Assembly (NCBI GenBank): GCA_964461985.1
Contig: CAYWWG010000001.1
Location: 1-56,379 of the forward strand
Reading direction: 5' to 3'
DNA length: 56,379 nt
DNA from: an uncultured Candidatus Saccharibacteria bacterium
GTDB taxonomy: Bacteria; Patescibacteriota; Minisyncoccia; Phycocordibacterales; UBA9973
Shown here piece after piece: positions 47,512-56,352 of this stretch. The stretch's first letter is position 1. The number at the start of each line of letters is the position of its first letter. The notes beneath the pieces are model-generated. The model saw only the letters and a list, made by a program, of their open reading frames with translations. It was not told the origin of the DNA and ran no database searches. The position numbers and the translations under genes were made by a program.

Positions 47512-47522
47512 GAAAAATTACA

Positions 47523-47553
47523 AAAAGGCTGTTCGGAAACGTTCAGCCTTTTA
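47523..47553 (+). terminator. intrinsic terminator of ORF 47101-47511
   Basis: aaaaggctg...cagcctttt hairpin with a T-run. Confidence 0.65.
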
Positions 47554-47562
47554 TTATACCCA

Positions 47563-47598
47563 TGTGGATAACCCAGGTGTTCAGCACCTGGGAATTTT
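47563..47598 (+). repeat. 36-nt direct repeat, copy 2
   Basis: Identical to 46980-47015. The upstream flank is also similar (ttttattttacc versus ttttattataccca). Confidence 0.9.
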
Positions 47599-47626
47599 TT
47601 ATTTCTCAATATGATATAATAAATAC

Positions 47627-48022
47627 ATGAATGAACAATCGCATTTTGGGGAACATCTAATGTTAGACGGCTACGGGGGTAGTTACGAAAAGTTAAATAA
47701 TAAAGATTTAGTTGCAAATATTTTGTATGATTTACCGACAAAACTGGGTATGAGGTTACTTTCAGAACCTGTTGTATACTTTGCTGAACCGAACCATATC
47801 AAGGACCCAGGTGGTTGGAGTGGGGTAGTAGTTATAGCAGAGTCCCACCTTTCTATACACACATTCCCTGAAAAAGGCTTTGTTACAGCCGATGTATACA
47901 CATGTAAAAACGGCATGGACAACGAATACATTATAAAATACCTAACCAACGCATTTGAACTAAAAGACACGGAAATAAACTTTGTAAAGCGTGGGTTAAA
48001 GTATATGACTTACCAGAAATAA
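47627..48022 (+). CDS. speH: S-adenosylmethionine decarboxylase proenzyme (SpeH-type, pyruvoyl)
   Basis: VVIAESHLSIHTFPE, the self-cleavage (E-S) and active-site signature of small bacterial AdoMetDC. Confidence 0.88.
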   Translation: MNEQSHFGEHLMLDGYGGSYEKLNNKDLVANILYDLPTKLGMRLLSEPVVYFAEPNHIKDPGGWSGVVVIAESHLSIHTFPEKGFVTADVYTCKNGMDNEYIIKYLTNAFELKDTEINFVKRGLKYMTYQK

Positions 48023-48025
48023 TTT

Positions 48026-48940
48026 ATGACATGGTTTTTAATTGCATTTTCCGCGCTAATATTTTGGTCTTTTGTAAACATATCTGACCAATATTTAGTT
48101 TCAGAATTTTCAACTGGTGAAAGAAGTTCCGGTGGGTTAGTTTTATTTTCAAGTTTGATAGGTGTAGTAGTGGCTGTACTAATAGGTATCTTTACACACG
48201 GGGTATTAGACGTAACAATATTAGACAAACTACTACTAATGTTAACTGGGGGTATGTCTATAGCCTGGGTTATATTGTATTTGTACACACTTGAAATAGA
48301 AGATGTGTCTGCAGTAGTACCATGGTTTCTAACTGTGCCAATATTTAGTTTTATTTTAGGTTACATTTTCCTGGGCGAGACACTAACTACACACCAACTG
48401 TTGGGTGGTTTAGTCGTTTTAATGGGCGCAACTATTATTTCAGTTGACTTTTCAGCAGAAAAAAGAATTTTTAAATGGAAATCAGCTTTGTATATGCTGT
48501 TGTCATGTCTAATGATAGCCACAAGTGGTGTAATATTTAAATTTGTAACAATAAGCGGTAGTTTCTGGTTATCTTCTTTTTGGGAATACGTTGGCCTAGG
48601 TATAGTAGGTATATGTCTATATACAATGGTGCCAAAATACCGCAATGAGTTTATAACCATGAATAAACAGGGTGGTTTAAGAATAATTTTACTTAACACA
48701 TTCAGTGAAAGCTTTACCATTATAGGCAACTTGCTTACCAACTACGCACTACTACTGGTACCAGTAACAATGGTATACCTAGTGGGTAGCTTCCAACCTG
48801 CGATAGTACTTGTGTTTACACTTATTGGTACAAAATTCTTCCCAGCTATTGTAAATGAAAATGTGTCCAAAAAAGTTCTAGTACCAAAGGTTCTGGCCAT
48901 AAGCGTAATGATAATCGGTAGTATTATCCTTTTTGCATAA
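48026..48940 (+). CDS. EamA/DMT-family transporter
   Basis: About ten TM segments in two 5-TM halves. Assigned from topology and length. Confidence 0.75.
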   Translation: MTWFLIAFSALIFWSFVNISDQYLVSEFSTGERSSGGLVLFSSLIGVVVAVLIGIFTHGVLDVTILDKLLLMLTGGMSIAWVILYLYTLEIEDVSAVVPWFLTVPIFSFILGYIFLGETLTTHQLLGGLVVLMGATIISVDFSAEKRIFKWKSALYMLLSCLMIATSGVIFKFVTISGSFWLSSFWEYVGLGIVGICLYTMVPKYRNEFITMNKQGGLRIILLNTFSESFTIIGNLLTNYALLLVPVTMVYLVGSFQPAIVLVFTLIGTKFFPAIVNENVSKKVLVPKVLAISVMIIGSIILFA

Positions 48941-48972
48941 AACGTGTTATAATAGATACGCAAAAGAATTAT

Positions 48973-49881
48973 ATGATACCTGAATTTCCCGAATTTAAAA
49001 AAATTGAACTATCTGACAAGGAAGATATAGAAAAATTTACCAGTGCGTACCCACCATATTCAGATTTTAACTTTGTCAGTATGTGGAGTTGGGACATACG
49101 AGGTGAAATGCGCATATCTCAACTTAACAACAATCTAGTAGTAAGGTTTACTGACTACCTTACCGGTGAACCTTTTTACTCTTTTTTAGGAGAAAATGAT
49201 ATTAACGAAACCATCAAAACACTAATTAGTTTTGCTAAAAAAGAGGGTATAAACCCTAGTCTAAAACTCATCCCAGGTATAATTATTGATAATATTGATG
49301 CTAAGATTTTTGAAATAGAAGAAGACAGAGATAATTTTGACTACATTTTATCTATAGACAAACTAAAGCCCCATGATGGGTCACAAAGAAAACTAAGCAA
49401 CAGAAGGAAACTAATAAACAAGTTAAAAAATTCTGGTATTTTTACCGTGAAAGTAATTGACATTCAGCAACCAGAAATTTCCGAACAAATTTTGAAAGTT
49501 TCAGTTGAATGGGAAAAACAACGAGGCATAAGTGAAGATAATGCACAACATTTATACCGTGCACTGAAAAAATCTTTACAATTTTCTCATAAACACACTT
49601 TTTCTATAGGTGCTTTTATTGAAAACAAACTTGTCGGCTACTCGATAAACGAAATTATAAATACAGAATATGCACTTGGTAATTTTCAACAAGCAGATTT
49701 AAATTCATCAAATGTAGTTTATGCACTACTTATGCAAGAAGCTGCAATTTTACTGAGCGAATTTGGATGCAAATACATAAACTTAGAACAAGACCTTGGT
49801 ATAGAAGGTTTAAAAAAATGGAAGGCATCTTATGATCCTGTTTTCTTTCTAAAAAAATATACAATCTCTGTAAAACAGTAA
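48973..49881 (+). CDS. DUF2156 (lysyl-phosphatidylglycerol-synthase C-terminal-like, GNAT fold) protein
   Basis: The N-terminal pattern F..IELSDKEDIEKF...YSDFNFVSMWSWD and ~300-aa length are typical of DUF2156. Confidence 0.7.
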   Translation: MIPEFPEFKKIELSDKEDIEKFTSAYPPYSDFNFVSMWSWDIRGEMRISQLNNNLVVRFTDYLTGEPFYSFLGENDINETIKTLISFAKKEGINPSLKLIPGIIIDNIDAKIFEIEEDRDNFDYILSIDKLKPHDGSQRKLSNRRKLINKLKNSGIFTVKVIDIQQPEISEQILKVSVEWEKQRGISEDNAQHLYRALKKSLQFSHKHTFSIGAFIENKLVGYSINEIINTEYALGNFQQADLNSSNVVYALLMQEAAILLSEFGCKYINLEQDLGIEGLKKWKASYDPVFFLKKYTISVKQ

Positions 49882-49932
49882 CTTTTTACTTGCAATAGTA
49901 AACACTAAAAGTTACAATATGTATATAAAACT

Positions 49933-50769
49933 ATGAATATAACTACACGAGATTTTTTAGAGAATAAAGGTATTATAACCGTATTGTCATTGTTTATTAT
50001 TTTAACAGCGTGGAGAATCGCACTATTTTTTGTACCGCAAGTAGAAGGGTCTTTCAATCCATGGTCATTCGCATGGGGTGCTTCATATCAAATTATTGCA
50101 ATCTGGGGTGCGGTATGGGGAATACGTAATGCTAAATCATGGGGTGGGTTCAGCAGTTTGCTTGGTAGAGCCATGCTTGTTTTTTCAGTTGGATTACTCT
50201 TTCAATCTTTTGGACAAACTGTTTACAGTTATTACATCTTTAAAACAGGAGAAGCACTTTACCCTTCGATAGGAGACATTGGTTTCTTTGGAAGTATACC
50301 ATTCTACATATACGGAGTATTACTTATAGGTAGAATATCCAGAGTATCGATGTCTTTAAAATCATTGGCCCACAAAACAATGGCTTTTATTATACCCTTA
50401 GGTATGGTCGCTGCCTCATATATTATTTTTCTTAGCGGACACCAATATACTTGGGACAACCCGTTATCAATTTTCCTTGATTTAGGGTACCCTATAGGTC
50501 AAGCTATATATGTAGGTATTGCAATATTAATATTACTACTGATATATACCAAAAATTATCTCGGTGGAATTATAAAAAATTCGATACTACTTTTCCTTGC
50601 AGCTCTAGTTATGCAGTATATTTCAGATTTCACTTTTCTCTATCAAGCAAGTAGAAATATTTATATACCGGAAGGTGTTAATGATCTAATGTATATGGTA
50701 TCTTATTTGCTTATGGCACTTAGTCTTATTAGGCTACAAATAGTCTTTAATAAAATTAAAGAATCTTAA
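49933..50769 (+). CDS. hypothetical polytopic membrane protein (278 aa)
   Basis: About 7-8 TM segments. It is the first gene of a tightly spaced trio ending in the histidine kinase. Confidence 0.7.
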   Translation: MNITTRDFLENKGIITVLSLFIILTAWRIALFFVPQVEGSFNPWSFAWGASYQIIAIWGAVWGIRNAKSWGGFSSLLGRAMLVFSVGLLFQSFGQTVYSYYIFKTGEALYPSIGDIGFFGSIPFYIYGVLLIGRISRVSMSLKSLAHKTMAFIIPLGMVAASYIIFLSGHQYTWDNPLSIFLDLGYPIGQAIYVGIAILILLLIYTKNYLGGIIKNSILLFLAALVMQYISDFTFLYQASRNIYIPEGVNDLMYMVSYLLMALSLIRLQIVFNKIKES

Positions 50770-50777
50770 TTATTACT

Positions 50778-51059
50778 ATGACCATCTTTGATCAAATATC
50801 ATTAAGAATAATACACGAACAAGAACTGGTTATCGGCCCGGTGGCTTGGTCTGAAGCCCAAAAAGTATCTGGATTCAAGATAATAGACCAGAAAAAAGGC
50901 GAGGTGGAACTAGTCGGCGACCCCAAGGAAATACTGAACAACCTTGTTGCTCAGTATGCCAGACTTTTCGGAAAAGCTTCGAACGAAGTATGCAAAGAAG
51001 CTGCTCAAGACCTGTTAGCCGACTTAACACCAGACCAAATACCACCAAACCTACAATAA
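50778..51059 (+). CDS. hypothetical protein (93 aa)
   Basis: Intact ORF with 8-nt and 3-nt gaps to its neighbours. Confidence 0.6.
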   Translation: MTIFDQISLRIIHEQELVIGPVAWSEAQKVSGFKIIDQKKGEVELVGDPKEILNNLVAQYARLFGKASNEVCKEAAQDLLADLTPDQIPPNLQ

Positions 51060-51062
51060 TAT

Positions 51063-52433
51063 ATGGGACTATTTTCTAGATCAAAAAAAGAAATAGAAAG
51101 CCCCGGAAATCTGCAAGAAGTTACTCAGGAAATCTACAAACGCAACCTGGACTTGGCAATTGTCAACAAAACTCTTTCTTTGTTGCGTAAACTTTACCAA
51201 ATAAGTTTACTAACCTTAGACCCTTCAAGTTTATCTGAAAAGATTTCCGAAACCGTTCGAACAGAACTCAACCTTGAAGTTGTTGGTATTTTTTCTTTTA
51301 ATGAGGAAAAAGATACTTTGGAACCATTTTCATTTTCAAAGTCTGCCAGACTAATGGAATCTATGGCACGTATGGGTATACTTTTCCGTGATATACAAAT
51401 CAGCCCAGTAAAATCTAAACCTATTTTAAAAGAAACAGTTTATGCTGGAGTTTCTACCTTAACAACCGACATCAAAGACATCTGGGGTGGGGACTTACCA
51501 GACGAAAAACTACAACTTATTACCCAACAGTCGCATATTAAAACAGTAGTCTTACACCCACTGATAATACAACGCAAAGTTATCGGTGTATTTTTACTTG
51601 GCCTAAACCGTGACTATACCAGTATGAACGACCATGAAAAAGACTCGATTAAAAGTTGTGTCGACGTTATTGCTGTTGCCCTAGATAAAGCATATTTATA
51701 CAAGGAACTTCAGGACGCTAACGAAAAACTAAAAAGTCTAGACAAACTTAAAACCGAATTTCTTTCTTTAGCTTCGCACCAACTACGTAGTCCACTAACT
51801 GCAATACGTGGCTATGCATCTATGTTGATTGAAGGTTCATTTGGTGAAATAGGCCAAAAACCAAAAGAAGCTGTAGATCGTATAAATGAATCAAGTCGTA
51901 ATCTGGCTATGATCGTTGAAGACTTACTAAACGTTACTAAAATAGAGTCAGGTGGTATGAAGTATGAAATGACTCCATTTAACCTAGGTGAAATAGTTGC
52001 CGATACATGCAAAGACATGGCGGTTATAGCAAGTAAAAAAGGAATTATACTAACTTACACAGAAGAAAAGGGTGTAGACCATGTTGTAGTAGGTGACAAA
52101 GAAAAGATTCGCCAAATAATACTAAACTTTGTTGATAATGCTGTAAAATATACTAAAGACGGAACAATAAATGTTGAAGTTAAAAAAGTTGGCCCGCGAA
52201 TTGTATTTTCCGTGCAAGATTCTGGTATGGGTATCAAACCTGATGTACTACCAACTTTATTTAATAAATTTGTCCGCGGTGAAGGTTCTAAAATGAATGG
52301 TAGTGGTAGTGGACTGGGTCTATATCTTGCCCGTGAAATTGCCCAAGCCCATCACGGCCGTACCTGGGCCGAATCTGCCGGACCTAACCTTGGTTCTACA
52401 TTCTACCTTGAACTAGACGCATTAAATAAATAA
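51063..52433 (+). CDS. cytoplasmic sensor histidine kinase (GAF-like + HisKA + HATPase_c)
   Basis: H-box LASHQLRSPLTAIRGY, N-box ILNFVDNAVKYT, and G-boxes DSGMGI and GSGLGLYLA. No TM segment. Confidence 0.9.
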   Translation: MGLFSRSKKEIESPGNLQEVTQEIYKRNLDLAIVNKTLSLLRKLYQISLLTLDPSSLSEKISETVRTELNLEVVGIFSFNEEKDTLEPFSFSKSARLMESMARMGILFRDIQISPVKSKPILKETVYAGVSTLTTDIKDIWGGDLPDEKLQLITQQSHIKTVVLHPLIIQRKVIGVFLLGLNRDYTSMNDHEKDSIKSCVDVIAVALDKAYLYKELQDANEKLKSLDKLKTEFLSLASHQLRSPLTAIRGYASMLIEGSFGEIGQKPKEAVDRINESSRNLAMIVEDLLNVTKIESGGMKYEMTPFNLGEIVADTCKDMAVIASKKGIILTYTEEKGVDHVVVGDKEKIRQIILNFVDNAVKYTKDGTINVEVKKVGPRIVFSVQDSGMGIKPDVLPTLFNKFVRGEGSKMNGSGSGLGLYLAREIAQAHHGRTWAESAGPNLGSTFYLELDALNK

Positions 52434-52458
52434 AAGCCTTACTAAATAAGACTTTTAT

Positions 52459-53874
52459 TTATATTTTCTTTACTTTTGGCCCGTCTTTAGTATCTAGTAC
52501 TTCATAACCAAGAGTTTGTATTTGGGCACGTAATGCATCAGAGCCGGCAAAGTCGCGATTAGCGCGGGCATCTTCGCGTTGTTCTACTAATGCAGCCACT
52601 TCGTGTGGTATAGTCACGGTACGGTCTTCAGCTAAACCTAAACCTAACACAGCGTCTACCCACAGCAATGTGGCTTTTTTATTGACGGGTTCTATTTTTG
52701 TATCTTTTACAAGTTCCCATACAATAGCTAACACTCCAGGCATGTCTAAGTCGTCGTTTATACGCATTAGCATTTTGTCTTGATAAACAGAATCAATTAT
52801 TCCTTCGTCAAATTTTGCATCACCAGTAACCGGCACACTATCTATAAATGCAAATAGTTTTTGTAATGCATTATTAGCAGCATCTAATGCGTGCCAAGTA
52901 AAGTTTATTTGTGTGCGGTAGTGGCCAGTTAAATAGAAATATCGCAGTGCCATTGGGCTGTAACCTTTGGCAATAATGTCGTCTATTGTGTACGCATTAC
53001 CCATAGATTTACCCATACGACCACCGTCAACAAGTAAGAAGGCGCCATGCATCCATGTATTAACAAAAGGTACACAACCAGTAGCACCTTGCGACTGAGC
53101 TATTTCGTTAGGGTGGTGAGTACTTTTTAGATCTTCACCACCTATATGAAGATCGAATTGTTCGCCAAGATACTTCATAGACATTGCAGAACATTCTATA
53201 TGCCAACCGGGAAAACCAACACCCCATGGACTGTCCCATTCCATCTGTCTCTTCTCATCGGAATTATTAAACTTCCACAACGCAAAGTCACGTTTGTTTT
53301 TCTTTTCTGTATTGTATTCTACACGAGCACCTTCGTGTATATGGTCGAGGTTTGAAAGTTCGCCATACGTATAACCAAGTGCTTCATAGGCAACTGTATC
53401 AAAATATACACCATCTGTAATCTGGTATGTAAGTCCGTTTTTTTCAAGTTTTTCGATTAAAGCAATTTGTTCAGCTATATGGTCTGTGGCTTTTACAAAC
53501 TGGTTCGGGCGTAACAAATGCATCAGATCATAACCACGCATGAAGTCATTTGTATAATATGTGGCAATGTCCCAAACGGATTTGTTTTCTTTTTTACTTG
53601 CATTTTCAAGCCTATCTGTGCCAGTATCTGCATCACCAGAATTGTCTCCAGTTAGGTGACCCACGTCGGTAATGTTCATTATATATTGCACCTTATAGCC
53701 TTGTAGTATAAGTGTGCGATACACCAAATCAGCTAGAGTATAGGTACGCCAGTTTCCAATAGTTACATAACTGTAAACTGTCGGCCCACAAGTGTACATA
53801 CCTACAGTTTTGTCTTCTTTTGGCTTAAAAACCTCTAATAAATGACTTTTCGAGTTATATAAATGTATATCCAT
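52459..53874 (-). CDS. cysS: cysteine--tRNA ligase
   Basis: MYTCGPTVYSYVTIGNWRT (a HIGH-region variant, TIGN), WHIECSAM and RMGKSMGN (KMSKS). Confidence 0.95.
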   Translation of the reverse strand: MDIHLYNSKSHLLEVFKPKEDKTVGMYTCGPTVYSYVTIGNWRTYTLADLVYRTLILQGYKVQYIMNITDVGHLTGDNSGDADTGTDRLENASKKENKSVWDIATYYTNDFMRGYDLMHLLRPNQFVKATDHIAEQIALIEKLEKNGLTYQITDGVYFDTVAYEALGYTYGELSNLDHIHEGARVEYNTEKKNKRDFALWKFNNSDEKRQMEWDSPWGVGFPGWHIECSAMSMKYLGEQFDLHIGGEDLKSTHHPNEIAQSQGATGCVPFVNTWMHGAFLLVDGGRMGKSMGNAYTIDDIIAKGYSPMALRYFYLTGHYRTQINFTWHALDAANNALQKLFAFIDSVPVTGDAKFDEGIIDSVYQDKMLMRINDDLDMPGVLAIVWELVKDTKIEPVNKKATLLWVDAVLGLGLAEDRTVTIPHEVAALVEQREDARANRDFAGSDALRAQIQTLGYEVLDTKDGPKVKKI

Positions 53875-53886
53875 ATGTAATATTTA

Positions 53887-54795
53887 TTATAACCATTTTT
53901 TGCCCTTAATGAAAAGCAGCATAACAACTCCAGTTGCCAACATGGCACCAATTACAAATATGAAATCACTCGGTTGGTGTATTAAAGTAAAGTTTGCGTT
54001 CATGCCAAACACACCTGTTATTAGTGTCAGAGGTAGCATAATAACACTGATTACTGTTAGTGCCTTGATTGTTTCGTTTGTTTTAGCAGACAGCAACGAG
54101 TCGTTTGTTTCGCGTAAGTCGTGTAACAGATCGGTATGTATTTCTAACATGGTTTGCAGTTTATTAAATTCAGCCATTATAGATTCGATCTGGTATGCAA
54201 AAGCAGAACCGTACAAAGTTTTACCCGGTGCTTCAAAAGACCGTAATGCTTCGCGATGAAAACGCAAAGACTGACGAAAGTCGATAAGTTTTTTGTTAAC
54301 TTCTGAAATACGACGTACCATAAACTTTTCTTTGTTTTCAAATATACCGTGTTCGACTCGTGCCAAGTCATTGTCTATAGTTTCTAATTGTATAAATGAA
54401 GTCGCGTAAAGTTCGCGAATAATGTCATAGAAAAGGTAACCTGCATGTTCAGCTACGATTTTGTTGTTCATGCTCTGTATTTCAAAAGCACGAGTTATAC
54501 GTTCTAATGGTTCAGATAGTTGGTAGTGTACAGTTATAATATAGTCGCGACCAAGTATAAAGTCTATTTCATGGTCTGGTGTAGGGGTGCTACCAGTAGT
54601 AACCTGCGGGAAGTGCAATATAAGAAAAACCATATCTGGGTGTACTTCTACTTTGCTACGCATAGTACTGGTTAACAAGTCCTGGGCAACACCAGAAGGC
54701 ACATTAAAACGCTCGGCAATGTCACGAACTTCCTCGGGTGTTGGATTTGTCATGTCCACCCAGGTAAGCTTTTTATAAGTATATTGAGAAACCAT
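53887..54795 (-). CDS. corA: CorA-family magnesium transporter
   Basis: Two C-terminal TM segments with the GMN motif (GVFGMNANF). The start is placed at MVSQYTYKK (54795), because the upstream 50 codons are antisense to rplU. Confidence 0.88.
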   Translation of the reverse strand: MVSQYTYKKLTWVDMTNPTPEEVRDIAERFNVPSGVAQDLLTSTMRSKVEVHPDMVFLILHFPQVTTGSTPTPDHEIDFILGRDYIITVHYQLSEPLERITRAFEIQSMNNKIVAEHAGYLFYDIIRELYATSFIQLETIDNDLARVEHGIFENKEKFMVRRISEVNKKLIDFRQSLRFHREALRSFEAPGKTLYGSAFAYQIESIMAEFNKLQTMLEIHTDLLHDLRETNDSLLSAKTNETIKALTVISVIMLPLTLITGVFGMNANFTLIHQPSDFIFVIGAMLATGVVMLLFIKGKKWL

Positions 54796-54853
54796 GGGTG
54801 TATTATAGCAAGCCTTGCAAAACATTACAATTAATGCTATATTTGCAAGACAT

Positions 54854-55258
54854 ATGGCAACAACAAAAACAACTAAAAAAGCCGAAGCTAAACCAGCTAC
54901 TGCTAAAAAAACAGTTAAAAAAGTAGCTAAATCAGCATCTGGCACTTATGCTGTTGTAACAACTGGTGGTAAACAATACCGCGTAGCTGTAGGCGACACA
55001 CTTAAAATCGAAAAACTTCCTGGTGAATTCAAAGCTGGCGATAAAATAGTTTTCGACCAAGTTCTACTAGTAGACGACGGAGCTAAAACTGAAGTTGGCA
55101 CACCATACCTAGCAGGTAAAACTGTAGAATCTGAATTTGCTCGTGCAGGACGAAACAAAACTATCAACGTTATAAAGTACAAACAAAAATCTCGCTACTT
55201 TAAGAAAAACGGCCACAGACAACACTTTATCGAAGTTACAATAACTGGCATAAAATAA
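54854..55258 (+). CDS. rplU: 50S ribosomal protein L21 with a K/A-rich N-terminal extension
   Basis: YAVVTTGGKQYRVAVGDTLKIEKL core, preceded by MATTKTTKKAEAKPATAKKTVKKVAKSASG. Confidence 0.93.
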   Translation: MATTKTTKKAEAKPATAKKTVKKVAKSASGTYAVVTTGGKQYRVAVGDTLKIEKLPGEFKAGDKIVFDQVLLVDDGAKTEVGTPYLAGKTVESEFARAGRNKTINVIKYKQKSRYFKKNGHRQHFIEVTITGIK

Positions 55259-55305
55259 TACTAAAATTCCCACTATATTAAATAGTGGGAATTTTAGTAT
55301 TATTT

Positions 55306-55887
55306 TTAAGATCGAGAATTTTTATATGTTTTGATATCTTCATCACTAAAACCATCAATATTTTTTAAAAAATACTCCGGATTTCTCCATACAGGTTCAA
55401 GCGGACCTTTTCCATTGTCTTTATTTTGCTGATACCAAATATTAGTGGAAACTCCTATACAAAAAGAAAATAAAATGAACTCAATCTCTCCCGGCATTTC
55501 TTTAAACTTTGGCATATTCATAGTAGACACATATGCCTCATATTCTCGAAGTTCAATTGGCATACGATTTTCATTAATTTCTTGATAACTATGTATTAGC
55601 TCATGCTCTAGAGTTACAAGACTTTTCCCATAATCATTTTTTGAGCCTCGTTTAATATCAATAAAAATAGAATGAATTTCATCATTATAAATTGCATTCG
55701 CCATTTTATAAGTATCAAAAAAACGTACATGTTCATCTTTACTTCTAATAACAGTGTTGTTCTCTTTAGCCATATTTTGCAAAATTAATTCATATTCATT
55801 TTCAGGATATTTTGCACGTGATTCAAGAGTAGGTAATTTATACTTAAACCTTAATTTTTTCTGATCTGTTATTATTCTTTCAAGCAT
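55306..55887 (-). CDS. HExxH-motif protein (putative zincin-like); probably the 3' part of a longer gene broken at an A8 tract
   Basis: LEHELIHSYQE...EYEAY. The reading frame stays open upstream to 56004. An RBS-equipped ATG at 56008-56006 is one frame off, across the homopolymer at 55998-56005. Confidence 0.65.
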   Translation of the reverse strand: MLERIITDQKKLRFKYKLPTLESRAKYPENEYELILQNMAKENNTVIRSKDEHVRFFDTYKMANAIYNDEIHSIFIDIKRGSKNDYGKSLVTLEHELIHSYQEINENRMPIELREYEAYVSTMNMPKFKEMPGEIEFILFSFCIGVSTNIWYQQNKDNGKGPLEPVWRNPEYFLKNIDGFSDEDIKTYKNSRS

Positions 55888-56277
55888 ACGTGGGTCGTCA
55901 GGACGAATTCCTGTAATATATTCAGCTAATTTACTTGCGTCAGATTGATTAAACCTAAGCTCAAATATTTGATCCTTTGTAATTTTGTTCTCGATAATTT
56001 TTTTTCATTATTATCTTCCTGTAAATTTTTATTTAAGCCTTTTATTTGAGAATTAAATTCTAGATTCATTTATAAATTATACCATACTTTTAAACCTAAA
56101 AATTGGCCGAACATGCAATGATAGGCTTCAAAAAAAATTCTTGAAGACACAGCCAAAGAACAATTAAAATTGTTTCCGGTTTCAAATTAATTACCAAGCC
56201 AGTTTCCGAAAGTAAACTGGCTTTTTAATTCTTGAAATTACTCAGTTTTATGGTACTATACATAAGTTATAAAAAAT

Positions 56278-56352
56278 GGCTCTATCGTCTATCGGTTAGG
56301 ACACATCCTTCTCAAGGATGGAAGCGGGGTTCGATTCCCCGTAGAGTCACCA
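56278..56352 (+). tRNA. tRNA-Glu (anticodon CUC), CCA encoded
   Basis: Cloverleaf drawn by hand. Acceptor ggctcta/tagagtc (one G-U), D stem gtct/ggac, anticodon stem catcc/ggatg with loop ttCTCaa, T arm cgggg-ttcgatt-ccccg, discriminator a, then cca. Confidence 0.93.

Noticed and set aside
46980-47598. CRISPR array or replication origin, suggested by identical 36-nt repeats that contain a perfect DnaA-box complement (ttatccaca)
   Set aside because: There are only two copies, 547 bp apart, and they enclose a full gene, so this is not CRISPR spacing. Both perfect DnaA boxes belong to the same repeat. The other DnaA-box-like 9-mers (near 9174, 17953 and 20358) are single-mismatch hits at roughly the frequency expected in AT-rich DNA. 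No dnaA or dnaN is nearby.
52459-53874. Possible inactive CysRS because the HIGH signature reads TIGN
   Set aside because: HIGN-type variants occur in functional bacterial CysRS (as I recall for Bacillus). The zinc and cysteine-binding WHIECS motif and the KMSKS-type loop are intact, so a single His-to-Thr change is not enough to call it unusual.
54796-54945. 50-codon N-terminal extension of the corA ORF
   Set aside because: It is antisense to the rplU start region and hydrophobic or low-complexity. The conserved CorA cytoplasmic domain begins at the internal Met (54795).
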